A stretch of 64,000 nucleotides of DNA from an uncultured Erysipelotrichaceae bacterium (GTDB lineage: Bacteria > Bacillota_I > Bacilli_A > RF39 > UBA660), in NCBI GenBank assembly GCA_902793375.1, contig CADBDE010000001.1:157807-221806 (forward strand), in the 5' to 3' direction. Positions 18,278 through 29,800 of the stretch are shown here, piece after piece. The translations under genes and the position numbers were made by a program. The notes beneath the pieces are model-generated. The model saw nothing but the letters and a program-made list of their open reading frames with translations, was not told the origin of the DNA and made no database searches. How positions within the stretch are numbered: position 1 is the first letter of the stretch; each line of letters starts with the position of its first letter.

Positions 18278-19867
18278 ATGAATAATATTGATTTAAGTAA
18301 AATGTATGATGATTTTTTTGGAGACAGTTTAGTAAAAAATACTTCTTTTGAAGAATACCTTGATTCTGAAAAAGATAATAAAGAAGAAGTTGAAAATATT
18401 GATATAGATAGTATTCTTTTAGATAATGATTCAAAAGAACTACTTAAAAAAATTATTAAATATACTAAAGATTATGAAGAAGGAACTGTAAGTAATTATA
18501 TTAACTTTAATATATTATTTAATTCTAATAATAAAGAAACAAAAGATTTAGTAATAGGAGCATTAAAAACAGTTTCTAGTAAATATTTATTAAATTATAA
18601 TGTTAAAGAAATATCTTTATATGATTATAATAAAAATACAGATCTTGAAAAAATGTTTGAAAATGGAATAGTAATAATTAAAGATTTAAAAGCATTTGGA
18701 CTTTTAGATGAACAAGATAAAACTATATTTATGTTTAATTTTAAAAAATATTTAATTGATAAAAGAATAGTTATATTATTTGATGAAAACCAAAATATAG
18801 ATAATTTTTTAACTTATGATAGAGAATTAAAATCTAAATATTTTAATTTTAAAATAAATGGAATTAATCCTGATATTCAAGATGTATATAATCAAGTACT
18901 AGATAAAGTTAAAATAGAAGAAGATAAAAAAGTTTCTTTATTAGATTATATTACTAGTACTTATTTAAAAACTGATGATGACTTTTTAACATATAGAGAT
19001 AAACTAATTAATTATATTTCTTTCAATAATGATATTCCAGTATTAAGTAAATCTAAAACAAATGAAGAAATATTTAAAGAATTAGATGAATTAGTAGGTT
19101 TAAAAGATGTTAAAAAGGCATTAAATGATTTAGTAAATTTAATTGGATTAAAATCAAAAACTGAAAAAGATTTAAAAATTAAAGATATAAATTTACATAT
19201 GTTATTTTTAGGAAATCCTGGAACAGGAAAAACAACTGTTGCTAGATTATTATCTGGAATATTATATAATTTAGGTTATATAAAAGAAGATAAACTATTA
19301 GAAGTTTCTTCAAAAGATTTAGTAGCAGAGTTTGTAGGACAAACAGCTCCTAAAACTAATGCAGTTGTAGAACGAGCAAAAGGTGGAATACTATTTATTG
19401 ATGAAGCATATGCTCTTGCAAGTGATGGAAGTAATTCTTATAATGATGAAGCAATAGCTACTTTAATAAAGTGTATGGAAGATTTTAGAGATGATTTAGT
19501 AGTTATATTTGCTGGTTACACAAAAGAGATGCAAGCGTTTTTAAATTCAAATTCAGGTATTGTATCAAGAATTGGATATACCTTAAATTTTGCTGATTAT
19601 ACAGTTGATGAATTAATACAAATATTTAATCAAATGATTAGTAAGGCAGGATTTAAAATAACAGATGGAGCTCTTAATAAAGTTAAAAAAATAATAGAAG
19701 ATAATATTGGAACTAAAAACTTTGGTAATGCAAGATTTGTTAGAAATATGTATGAAAAAACAGTAGTAAGACATGCTACTAATACAAAAGATAAGAAACA
19801 AAAAGAAAAATTAATAACTATTACTGAAGATGATATTAATATTGATAATTTAATTAGTGAAAAATAG
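18278..19867 (+). CDS. AAA+ ATPase of the CbxX/CfxQ/SpoVK family with a ~260 aa N-terminal extension
   Basis: C-terminal AAA domain with Walker A FLGNPGTGKTTVARL, Walker B ILFIDEAYAL and sensor/Arg-finger region VVIFAGYTKEM...SRI, typical of SpoVK/CbxX. Confidence 0.8.
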   Translation: MNNIDLSKMYDDFFGDSLVKNTSFEEYLDSEKDNKEEVENIDIDSILLDNDSKELLKKIIKYTKDYEEGTVSNYINFNILFNSNNKETKDLVIGALKTVSSKYLLNYNVKEISLYDYNKNTDLEKMFENGIVIIKDLKAFGLLDEQDKTIFMFNFKKYLIDKRIVILFDENQNIDNFLTYDRELKSKYFNFKINGINPDIQDVYNQVLDKVKIEEDKKVSLLDYITSTYLKTDDDFLTYRDKLINYISFNNDIPVLSKSKTNEEIFKELDELVGLKDVKKALNDLVNLIGLKSKTEKDLKIKDINLHMLFLGNPGTGKTTVARLLSGILYNLGYIKEDKLLEVSSKDLVAEFVGQTAPKTNAVVERAKGGILFIDEAYALASDGSNSYNDEAIATLIKCMEDFRDDLVVIFAGYTKEMQAFLNSNSGIVSRIGYTLNFADYTVDELIQIFNQMISKAGFKITDGALNKVKKIIEDNIGTKNFGNARFVRNMYEKTVVRHATNTKDKKQKEKLITITEDDINIDNLISEK

Positions 19868-19913
19868 ATTCTTATACTCAAAAAGAGTTTTTCTTGTAAT
19901 GATATTATTGTTT

Positions 19914-19944
19914 AGTCATAACGAAAAAAGTTATGACTTTTTCT
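19914..19944 (+). terminator. Rho-independent terminator (perfect 9-bp stem agtcataac/gttatgact, loop gaaaaaa, T-run)
   Basis: agtcataacgaaaaaagttatgactttttct located 47 nt after the AAA gene stop. Confidence 0.8.
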
Positions 19945-19948
19945 ATGC

Positions 19949-19977
19949 TTGACTATTTCAAATAATGATATTATAAT
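19949..19977 (+). promoter_or_regulatory. Sigma-A-type promoter (TTGACT, 17 nt spacer, TATAAT) upstream of the DUF4143 ATPase and gpmI
   Basis: ttgactatttcaaataatgatattataat. Confidence 0.55.
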
Positions 19978-20011
19978 TTAAAGTAAGAAAAATGGTGTTG
20001 GAGGACAGTTT

Positions 20012-21286
20012 ATGGAGCGTAAAATTGTAAAATTCCTAGAACATTGGCAAATTGATGAAAATAGAAAGCCATTAGTGATATATGGTGGAAAACAAGTTGG
20101 TAAGACTTATACTGTACTAAAATTTGGAGAAGAAAACTTTTCAAATGTAGTTTATGTTGATGCAAATGACAATAAAGAATTAATTGAGACTTTGAAAAAA
20201 CAAAACACTATTGATGGGATAATTAATTCCTTGTCTGATATTACTAAAGAAACAATAGAAAAAAATATAACTTTAGTAGTTATTGATAATGTTAATGATG
20301 TTGAAATTGTTGATACTATTAAAACTATTGGTAAATTTAAAAATGAATATCATGTAATTTTAATTACATCTTTAAGAGAAAATTTATCTAAGTTTAAAGG
20401 TATAGAACTTCAATTTAAATCTATGCTTCCAATGGATTTTGAAGAATACTTAACAGCACTTGGAAAAGAAGAGCTAATTGAGTTTATTAAAAGTTCATTT
20501 AAAAATAATTCAAAAATGCCTTTTCATAAAGTTGCAATGGAGTATTATAACTCGTATATGAAAACTGGAGGAATGCCTGAAGCAGTTGATTTATCTATAA
20601 GAGATGAAAATCAATTATTATTAAACTCTGTATTTGATAAAATTATTGATTCATATAAAAAAGAAATATCATTACAAGAAAACTTAATTGATATTTATAG
20701 AAGTAATGAAGTTTATAATAGTATTTCACAACAATTAACTAAATCTAATAAAAAGTTCCAATATGGACTTATTAAAGATGGTGGAAGAAGTAAAGAATAT
20801 GAAAATGCTTTAAACTTTTTACATAATAATGGCTTTATTTATAAATGTTATAAATTAACTGAAGTTGTATCCCCAATTAGTAATTACAAAGATAAAGATT
20901 GTTTTAAAGTGTATTTAAATGATACTGGACTTTTGTATAAAAATTTAAAAATAAATCATAATATTTTTGAAACTGATGAAAATATAAGACAAGTATTATA
21001 TGAAAATAGTGTTGCTGTTTCATTATTTAGTAGTGGATATAATTTATTTTATTACCAATCAGATGGTAAAGCCTTTATTGATTTTGTTATTCAAACAAGA
21101 ACAGGAAGAATTATTCCAATTGAACTTGTTCCATATAGTAAGACAAAATCAAAAGCATTATCAGTTTATATAAACAAATATAAACCTAGTGAAGCAATTA
21201 GAATAACTCAAGATAATTTTTGTATTAAAAAAGGAGTTAGATATATTCCAATTTATGCAACATTTTGTTTAACTGATTTAGTATAG
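20012..21286 (+). CDS. AAA-superfamily ATPase (AAA_14 + DUF4143 architecture)
   Basis: Walker A IYGGKQVGKTYTV and Walker B LVVIDNV; C-terminal DUF4143-like region; GGAGG RBS. Confidence 0.7.
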   Translation: MERKIVKFLEHWQIDENRKPLVIYGGKQVGKTYTVLKFGEENFSNVVYVDANDNKELIETLKKQNTIDGIINSLSDITKETIEKNITLVVIDNVNDVEIVDTIKTIGKFKNEYHVILITSLRENLSKFKGIELQFKSMLPMDFEEYLTALGKEELIEFIKSSFKNNSKMPFHKVAMEYYNSYMKTGGMPEAVDLSIRDENQLLLNSVFDKIIDSYKKEISLQENLIDIYRSNEVYNSISQQLTKSNKKFQYGLIKDGGRSKEYENALNFLHNNGFIYKCYKLTEVVSPISNYKDKDCFKVYLNDTGLLYKNLKINHNIFETDENIRQVLYENSVAVSLFSSGYNLFYYQSDGKAFIDFVIQTRTGRIIPIELVPYSKTKSKALSVYINKYKPSEAIRITQDNFCIKKGVRYIPIYATFCLTDLV

Positions 21287-21295
21287 GAGGAATTT

Positions 21296-22813
21296 ATGAA
21301 CAAATTAGTATTACTTATTTTAGATGGATGTGGAATAAGAGAAGAAAGTGATGGAAATGCTTTTAAAAATGCTAATAAACCAACATTTGATATGCTATTA
21401 AATAAATATCCACATTCAATATTACAAGCAAGTGGAAAAGCTGTTGGGCTTCCTGATGGTCAAATGGGAACTAGTGAAGTAGGGCATATGAACCTTGGAA
21501 GCGGAAGAGTAGCTTTACAACCACTTGAAGCAATAACTGAATCAATAGAGAATGGATCTTTATTTGAAAATGAAAAAATACTTGAAGTATTAAATCATGT
21601 AAAAATTAATAATTCAAATCTTCACTTTATGGGATTATTATCTGATGGTGGAGTCCATTCTCATATAAATCATTTACTTGGACTTATTGACATGTGTAAG
21701 AAAAATAATGTTACAAATGTTTATTTTGATTTATTTATGGATGGAAGAGATACATATGAAAAAAGTGCTCTTAAGTATTTAGATGTTTTAAATAATAAAA
21801 TAAAAGAAGTTGGATTTGGTAAAATCTCTACAATTTCAGGAAGATACTATGGAATGGATAGAGATGATAATTATGATAGATTAAAATTATCTTATGATGC
21901 TATCTGCTATGGAGAAGGACCAAAATATAATAGTTATAAAGAATTAATTGATGAAAACTACAATAATGGTAAATATGATGAATTCTTAATACCAGGACTT
22001 GTTGACAATTGTCCTTTAAATGATAATGATGGAGTAATTACATTTAACTTTAGAAAAGATAGGTTAAGAGAAATGTTTACTTTATTTACTAATCCAGATT
22101 TTTATAAAGATAAATGTGAAGAAAAAGGATTAAAGATTAAAGAATTTAGTAATTTAAAAGTATTAACTATGTTTCCTGTTGTGGAATCGGTATTGGCTCC
22201 ACATGCATTTAACGATTTAGATATGAAAAATATTATGGTTGATTATCTTCATGAAAATCATATTAGTCAATTAAGAATTGCTGAAACTGAAAAATATGCC
22301 CATGTTACATTCTTCTTTGATGGAGGACGTGAAGTAGAATATGATGATATGAAGAAGATTTTAATACCTTCTCCAAAAGTAGCTACTTATGATTTACAAC
22401 CTGAAATGAGTGTATATCCTGTAACTGATAAATTTTTAGAAGAAGTAGGAAACTATGATGTTACTATTATGAACTTTGCAAATGGAGATATGGTTGGACA
22501 CACAGGAAATTATGATGCTGCAAAAGAAGCAGTAGAAGATATGGATAAATGCATTGAAAAAGTATATAACAAGGTGGTTGTAGAACTTGGTGGAACTTTA
22601 ATCATTATTGCAGATCATGGTAATTGCGATATGATGTGGGATGAAAATCATAATCCAGTAACTAGTCATACAACAAATCCAGTTCCTTGTATAATTACTA
22701 AGGAGGGAATTGAATTAAAAGATGGAAAACTAGCTGATATAGCACCAACTATGCTTAGCATACTTGGACTTCCAGTACCTGATGAAATGAATGGAGAATG
22801 TTTAATAAAATAA
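21296..22813 (+). CDS. gpmI: 2,3-bisphosphoglycerate-independent phosphoglycerate mutase
   Basis: 505 aa with the iPGM Ser-phosphotransfer motif (DGCGIRE...TSEVGHMNLGSGR) and metal-binding motifs (ADHGN, GDMVGHTG); AGGAGG RBS 10 nt after the upstream gene. Confidence 0.95.
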   Translation: MNKLVLLILDGCGIREESDGNAFKNANKPTFDMLLNKYPHSILQASGKAVGLPDGQMGTSEVGHMNLGSGRVALQPLEAITESIENGSLFENEKILEVLNHVKINNSNLHFMGLLSDGGVHSHINHLLGLIDMCKKNNVTNVYFDLFMDGRDTYEKSALKYLDVLNNKIKEVGFGKISTISGRYYGMDRDDNYDRLKLSYDAICYGEGPKYNSYKELIDENYNNGKYDEFLIPGLVDNCPLNDNDGVITFNFRKDRLREMFTLFTNPDFYKDKCEEKGLKIKEFSNLKVLTMFPVVESVLAPHAFNDLDMKNIMVDYLHENHISQLRIAETEKYAHVTFFFDGGREVEYDDMKKILIPSPKVATYDLQPEMSVYPVTDKFLEEVGNYDVTIMNFANGDMVGHTGNYDAAKEAVEDMDKCIEKVYNKVVVELGGTLIIIADHGNCDMMWDENHNPVTSHTTNPVPCIITKEGIELKDGKLADIAPTMLSILGLPVPDEMNGECLIK

Positions 22814-22832
22814 TTATCTTTGGGGTGATACT

Positions 22833-23759
22833 ATGAATCTAAATCAAGAGAATATAAATGATTTCTTGAATAAATATATATCTTTTGTAGATGAAATAAG
22901 TGAGAATAATAATTATGACAATAATATAAGGCACTTATTATATGTAATTGTTCCCTCATTTGTTATTAAATATGGAATTAATAATGAATTAACAATTAAG
23001 GAATGTTTCAAAAATATAAAAGTTTATGTAAGAGAGCATCCAGAATATATTCAAGCAGCATTTAATAGAACTTTAAAGAAAAAAGATAATAACTATTATA
23101 CTGAAAAATATATTACAGTTAATCCATTTACAAATTCTTCTTTATCAGTTATTCTTGATAACTTTATTCATGAATTTAATCACGCCATTAATTCATATAA
23201 TAATGAGATTATTCTTAAAGATGATATGATCAAAATTAGAACAGGTCTTTCTACTTTAAATTACAATAGAGAAGATATGTCATTTATTGAAAAATCAGAA
23301 GAGATAGTATTAGAAGAACTATTAAATACTTCTCAAACTGAAGAAATCTTTAATATAATAAAATCATTTAATAAATTTAATATTGATAATCAAGAATTAT
23401 CAAATACCTTATATAATGTTAAACAAGAAAATAATGTAAAAGATTATGAGTCAGAAGCATATTATTATCAAAAAAAGATTTGTGAAAGATTAATTAACAA
23501 CAAAACATTTACTCCAACAATTAATAATCTTAGATTTAAGGGTTTTATTGAAGACATTCCAAATTTATTTGATAATGTTACAGGAGATAAAAATGATTAC
23601 AAAAAATTGAATGATTTACTTAATGATATGCATACAATGATATTAAAGTACTCAGAAAGTAAATTGTTTAAAGGTAAATATTTGTCTAAAATAAAAGAAC
23701 TATCAAATGGTGTTACTAGAATAATTGATGATTATGAAAAAAAGTGTATTTTTAAGTAG
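22833..23759 (+). CDS. hypothetical protein with a single HExxH motif (IHEFNHAIN); possible zinc-metallopeptidase-like
   Basis: 308 aa N/K-rich ORF with a GGGGTGA RBS; HEFNH at residues ~113-117; no other recognisable domain. Confidence 0.5.
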   Translation: MNLNQENINDFLNKYISFVDEISENNNYDNNIRHLLYVIVPSFVIKYGINNELTIKECFKNIKVYVREHPEYIQAAFNRTLKKKDNNYYTEKYITVNPFTNSSLSVILDNFIHEFNHAINSYNNEIILKDDMIKIRTGLSTLNYNREDMSFIEKSEEIVLEELLNTSQTEEIFNIIKSFNKFNIDNQELSNTLYNVKQENNVKDYESEAYYYQKKICERLINNKTFTPTINNLRFKGFIEDIPNLFDNVTGDKNDYKKLNDLLNDMHTMILKYSESKLFKGKYLSKIKELSNGVTRIIDDYEKKCIFK

Positions 23760-23873
23760 GGGTTAAACTCTACTTTTTATTATAAAAAAATAGTTTTAAA
23801 TGTTTTTTTGGTACCCTTATATGTGATATAATACTATTAAGAAATCAACTAAGAACGGAGTAGGAGTATATTT

Positions 23874-26800
23874 ATGAATAAAATGTATAAAAGAGTAATT
23901 GATAATTGTAAATATATAGAGGAATATTATGAGAAATTAGTAGATCTTACCAAGAATCATAATTTTGTTGGATCAACTAATGAATGGATAATAGATAATT
24001 TTTATTTAGTAGTTGAGCAAAGAAATGTTATTAAAAAATTTGTTAAGAATAAACATAATAGAAATATTTTAAATTCTAATGAAGACATGTATACTATTCT
24101 TTTAGATATTTATTTAAAACATAATTATAGTATGGATAAAAACATATTAATTAAGGAACTAAATAGTTATCAAACAAAAAATGATATATGCTTTTCTTAC
24201 AATGCGGTTTCTGTTATGCCTATATTTATTTCAATTCTATTAATTGAAGAATTATATGGTTTATGTAAAAAAAGAGAAGAAAAACTAGATGATTTAAAGA
24301 AAGTAAATGAAGTTATTTCAAAAATAGATGCAGCAAGACTTGAAAATCCAGATGTTAATTTAAGTGATTATGTTAAGATTGATAAATACATTATAGAGCA
24401 CCCTTATTATTTATATAATTTAAATGCTAATCTTAAAGAATTTGGAGAATCATCAAACGATATATTTGAAAAATTAAATAAATATTTAGAAGAAAATAAT
24501 GTTGATTTAAAAGAAGTAATAAATAATGAACATTTATCAAGTATTAGTGATAATCTTCTTGTTTCAAATTTATTTAATAATTTAAGAACGGTGACTAAAT
24601 TAAAATATGATGAGTTAGTTTCAAGAGTAAGTAAAGCAGAAAAAACTTTATTAACAGATTCTGTTTATAAAAGTATGACTCAAGAATCAAAAAACTTATA
24701 TCGTAGACAAATAGTTAAGAATGCTAAAAAGACAAATGAATTCAAATATGTTTACAATATAATGGAAAAAGTTAGAAATAGTGATAAAGAAATAGCTGAT
24801 TTCATATTTAAAAAGAGAAGTTATAATAAAACGTTTATTTCATATATTTCGTTAATAATAGTATTTACTTTTTTAATATCATTTGGTTTGTCATTTCTAG
24901 TTCTTGATTATTGGTATATTGCATTTATTCTTTTATTAATACCAATAAGTGAAGTAGTTATTCAGTTATTAAATAAAATATATATGAGGTTTAATAGACC
25001 TAAAACACTTCCAAAACTTGATTTTTCAAGGGGGATACCAGAAGAATATGCGACAATGATTGTAATTCCAACAATTGTTAAAAATACTAAAAAAATAGAT
25101 GATATGTTTTTGCAACTTGAAAAATATTACTTATCTAATAAATCTCCAAATCTTTATTTTACTTTATTAGGAGATTGTTCTGAATCAAATACAAGAGATT
25201 GTGATTTTGATGGAGAAATTGCTAAATATGGTGTTGAAAAAGCAAAAGAATTAAATACTAAATATAATAAAGAATTATTTTATTTTATGTATAGAAGAAG
25301 AGTTTTTCAACAAGGAGAAGGAAAGTTCTTAGGATATGAGAGAAAAAGAGGAGCTTTGATGCATTTTAATAAGCTACTTCTTGGTAAACTATCTGATAAA
25401 GATAAAGAAAAATATATTTATATAGAAACAGTTAGTAATTTAAAAGCTAAAATTAAATATGTTATTACTTTAGATTCAGATACAGAGATAGTACTTAATA
25501 CAGTTCAAAGCTTAGTCGGATTAATGGCCCATCCATCTAATAGGCCTGTTTTAAGCAAAAATAAAGATAAAGTAATTAGTGGATATGGTATTGTTCAACC
25601 TAGAGTAAGTGTTGATATTGAATCAACAAATAAATCTACTTATTCTCAGTTAGTTGCTGGAATTGGGGGATTTGATATTTATTCATCAATTATTCCAAAT
25701 TTCTATCAAGATGTATTTGGAGAAGGAAGTTTTGTTGGAAAAGGAATATATGATCTTGAAGTATTTGAAACAGTAATTGGAGATAAATTTCCAGAAAACT
25801 TAATTCTTTCTCATGATTTACTTGAAGGAAATTACCTAAGATGTGGATTTGCCTCAGATATTGAATTAATTGATGATTTTCCACCATCATTTTTGGTAGA
25901 TATGTCTAGACAACATAGATGGACTAGAGGAGATTTCCAAATAATTGGATGGTTAAAAAAGAAAATTAAAAGTAAGAGTGGATTTAAAATAAAAAATCCA
26001 TTAAATGGAATAGAAAAATTTAAAATATTTGATAATATAAGAAGAACATTTATTAGACCGGCATTATTATTATTAACTTTTTTGTCTTTTATTTGTGGAT
26101 GCCCTTTATTTGCTTTGCTGATATCTGTTTTTGTAATATTCTTACCACTTTTCTTCTATTTAAAAGAAATAGTAAGCATTCAAAAGAAAACTGTTGCTTC
26201 GTTTAAACATTATGATTCACTAGTTTTTGGAGCATCAGCTTTAATTGCTAGAGTATTTATTGATTTAATTACAATGCCTTATGTTGCTTATATGCATTTA
26301 AATGCAATGTTTAAATCATTTTATAGAATGCTTGTAAGTCACAAAAAACTATTGAATTGGATAACTGCAGAAGATGCACAAAAGACAATTGGTGGAAAAT
26401 TAATAACCTATATTAGAGCTTTTGAAGCTAATTATGTTACTGCAATTATTTTAGTAATACTAACTATATTTAATTATCATTATTTCTATATAGGAGTTAT
26501 TCTAATAATATGTTTCTTAATAGCACCATTTATTCTGTATAGAGTAAGTAAAGTACATGAAACAAAAGTTTCTTTAGATGAAGACAAGAATAAAGAATTA
26601 AAAGAAATTGCTAAAAGAACATGGAATTTCTTTGCAAATTTATTAACTGCTGAAAATAATTATTTAATACCAGATAATTATCAATTAAATAGAGAAAACA
26701 AAGTAGATCAAAAAACATCACCTACAGATATTGGTATGTCTATAACATCTGTAATATCTGCTTACGAACTAGGATTTATAAGAATAGATGAAACATTTGA

Positions 26801-29800
26801 GTACCTAGATAATATAATATCTTCTATTGAAAAATTGGAAAAATGGAATGGCTTTATTTATAACTGGTATAATATCAAGAATATGGAGAAGATGTTACCA
26901 TACGATATTTCATCTGTAGACAATGGTAATTTAGCAGCATGTTACATGGTTGCAAGAGAATTTTGCCATGAAAATGAAAATGAAAAATTAGAAGAAAGAA
27001 TTAAAAAATTATATGATGATATGGACTTTAAGAAACTATATACAGATAAAGATGTATTTAGTATTGCTTATGATTGTTCTGAAGATAGATTATCAACATA
27101 TAACTATAACAAATTTGCAAGTGAAAGTAGAATTCTAAGTTTCGTTGCAATTGCTAAAGGTGATGTTCCTGCAAAACACTGGTTATGTCTTGATAAATCA
27201 CTTACTAAATATCACAAATATAAAGGTCTTACTTCATGGTCAGGTACTTCATTTGAATACTTTATGCCTGAAATATTTATGAAGAGCTATTCAAATACTT
27301 TACTTGATGAAAGTTATTTCTTTTCTATATATTGTCAAAGAGAATATATGAAAGAAGTAGATAAAAATATGCCTTGGGGTATTTCTGAATCAGCATATAG
27401 TGAATTAGATGATGGATTAAATTATAAATATAAAGCGTTTGCAACTCCATATTTAAAAGTTCAAGAGGACAAAGTTCAAAGAGTTGTAATATCACCATAT
27501 GCCTCAATTCTTGCAATTACTAATAATCCTCAAGCAGTATACAACAATATTAATAAACTAAAAAAATTAGATATGTATGGGGATTGGGGATTCTATGAAT
27601 CATATGATTATGATGAAAAAACTATTGTTGAATCATATTTTTCACATCACCAAGGAATGATTTTAGCAAGTTTATGTAACTATTTAAAGGAAAATGCAAT
27701 AAGAGAATTATTCCATAATGATGTAAGAGTAAAATCAATTGAAATATTATTAAAAGAAAAAGTTCAATTTAATCCAATTATTGATCTTAAGATATATGGA
27801 TATAAAAGATATCATTATGAGAAAGAAATTGTTGAAAATGATATTCGTGCTTTTAACTTTATATCTGATGTTCCAGAAGTATCAGTTCTTTCCAACAACA
27901 ATTATATGTTGTTAATGAATGATCGTGGTAATGGATTTAGTAGATACAAACAAATACAACTTAATAGATATAGAAAAATAACTGAACAAAACTACGGAAT
28001 GTTTATGTATATAAAAGATATGAGTAATTCAAAATATTGGTCAAATACATATTCTCCTACTTATGTTAAACCAAACAAATATAATGTTGTATTTGCAAGT
28101 GATAGAATTACATTTGTTAGACAAGATAATAGAATAACTACAAAAACAGAAATAATTGTTACAAAAGAACATAATGCAGAAATAAGAAAAGTAACATTTA
28201 AAAACCATTCTAGTGAGGATAAATATTTAGAACTTACTACATATAATGAACCAATAATATCTGAAAATATTGATGATATTACACATAGAACATTTAGAAA
28301 TTTGTTTATTAGTAGTGAATATGATAAAGCAAATGAATCAATTATTATGTGTAGAAAAAATAATAATAAGAATTTATCTCAATATTATTTTAATAGATTA
28401 TTAATTGAAGATGATAACCATAAAATTACTTATGAAACAGAAAGATCAAATTTTATTGGAAGAGGAAGAAATAATGATAAACCTCTTGCTATGGAAGAAA
28501 AACTAACTAATACAATTGGTACAAATATTGACCCAATTATTGCTATTAGATCTAATATAATTGTTCCAGCTGGAAAAGAAAAAACAGTATTCTTTATTGC
28601 AGGGTATAGTAAATCACGTGAACAAATAACTGATATTATTGAATCATATAATACGTATTCAAAAATAGATACAGCATTTGAATACGCTACTTTAGCTAAT
28701 AATATAAATACAAAAATATTGGGTATTAATGGACCTGATATGAGAAATTACAATATGATGCTTAATTATTTGTATCAGACTAGTAGACATTTTATAAATG
28801 CTGAAAGAAAAGATATATTAACTAAGAATAGTTTGAATCAGACTAATTTATGGAAATATGGAATTACTGGAGATTATCCAATAATGCTTGTTGAAATATA
28901 TGAAAGTGAATCAATAAACTTAGTAAAAGAAGTACTTAAAGCATATGAATTTTATAAAACTAGATCTATATTTGTAGATGTTGTTGTGATTAATCGTGAA
29001 AGTGATGAATATAAGCCAATAGTAAAAAGGGAAATAGAAAAAGAGATGTATAGAATGAATACTTTGTATGACTTCTATGCAACCCCAGGAAGGCTTTATG
29101 TTTTAGATGGAAATGATGTAAGTTATCAAGAAGATGTTTTATTAAACATGGTAGCTAGACTTCGTTTTGATAGTAAAAAGTCTACTTCATTAACTGATAG
29201 TATTCACATTTTACAAAAAGAAAATAAAATGATTGTATATGATTCAATTAAGTATGCTGAATCTATAAAAGCAAAGGAAGATGAAAGCCTTAAATTCTAT
29301 AATGAATTTGGTGGATTTAATAAAAATGGTGATGAATACATAATTACTAATCCTGAGACTCCAACTCCATGGACTAATGTAATAGCAAATCCAAATTTTG
29401 GAACAATTGTTACAAATAATGAATGTGGATTTACATATGCATATAACTCTCAAATGTTTAAGATTACTTCTTGGACTAATGATATAGTACTTGATGATAT
29501 ATCTGAAGGAATTAATGTTAATGGCGAAAGAGTAAGTGCAAATAAATGTGTTCATGGATTTGGTTATTCTACATTTTCTCACGAGACTAAAGATTATACC
29601 TTTGATACAACTCATTTCGTAGCTCTAAATGATACAATTAAGTTCTATAAAATTAAGTTTACAAATAAGAGTAAAGAAAATAAAACATATAAACTTCATT
29701 TTTGGATTAATCCAACATTTGGACCTAATGAAGAAAAATCTAGTAGATATTTATTATCTGATTATTATGAATCGATGAACTCAGTATTAATAAGAAATGT

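Noticed and set aside
23760-23873. Possible terminator or promoter in the gap before the giant Cgs-like gene (ctactttttattataaaaaaatag palindrome; TTGGTA...TATAAT)
   Set aside because: The palindrome is A/T-only with a mismatch, and the -35/-10 spacing is non-canonical (13 or 17 nt depending on the hexamer chosen), so it is too weak to call.
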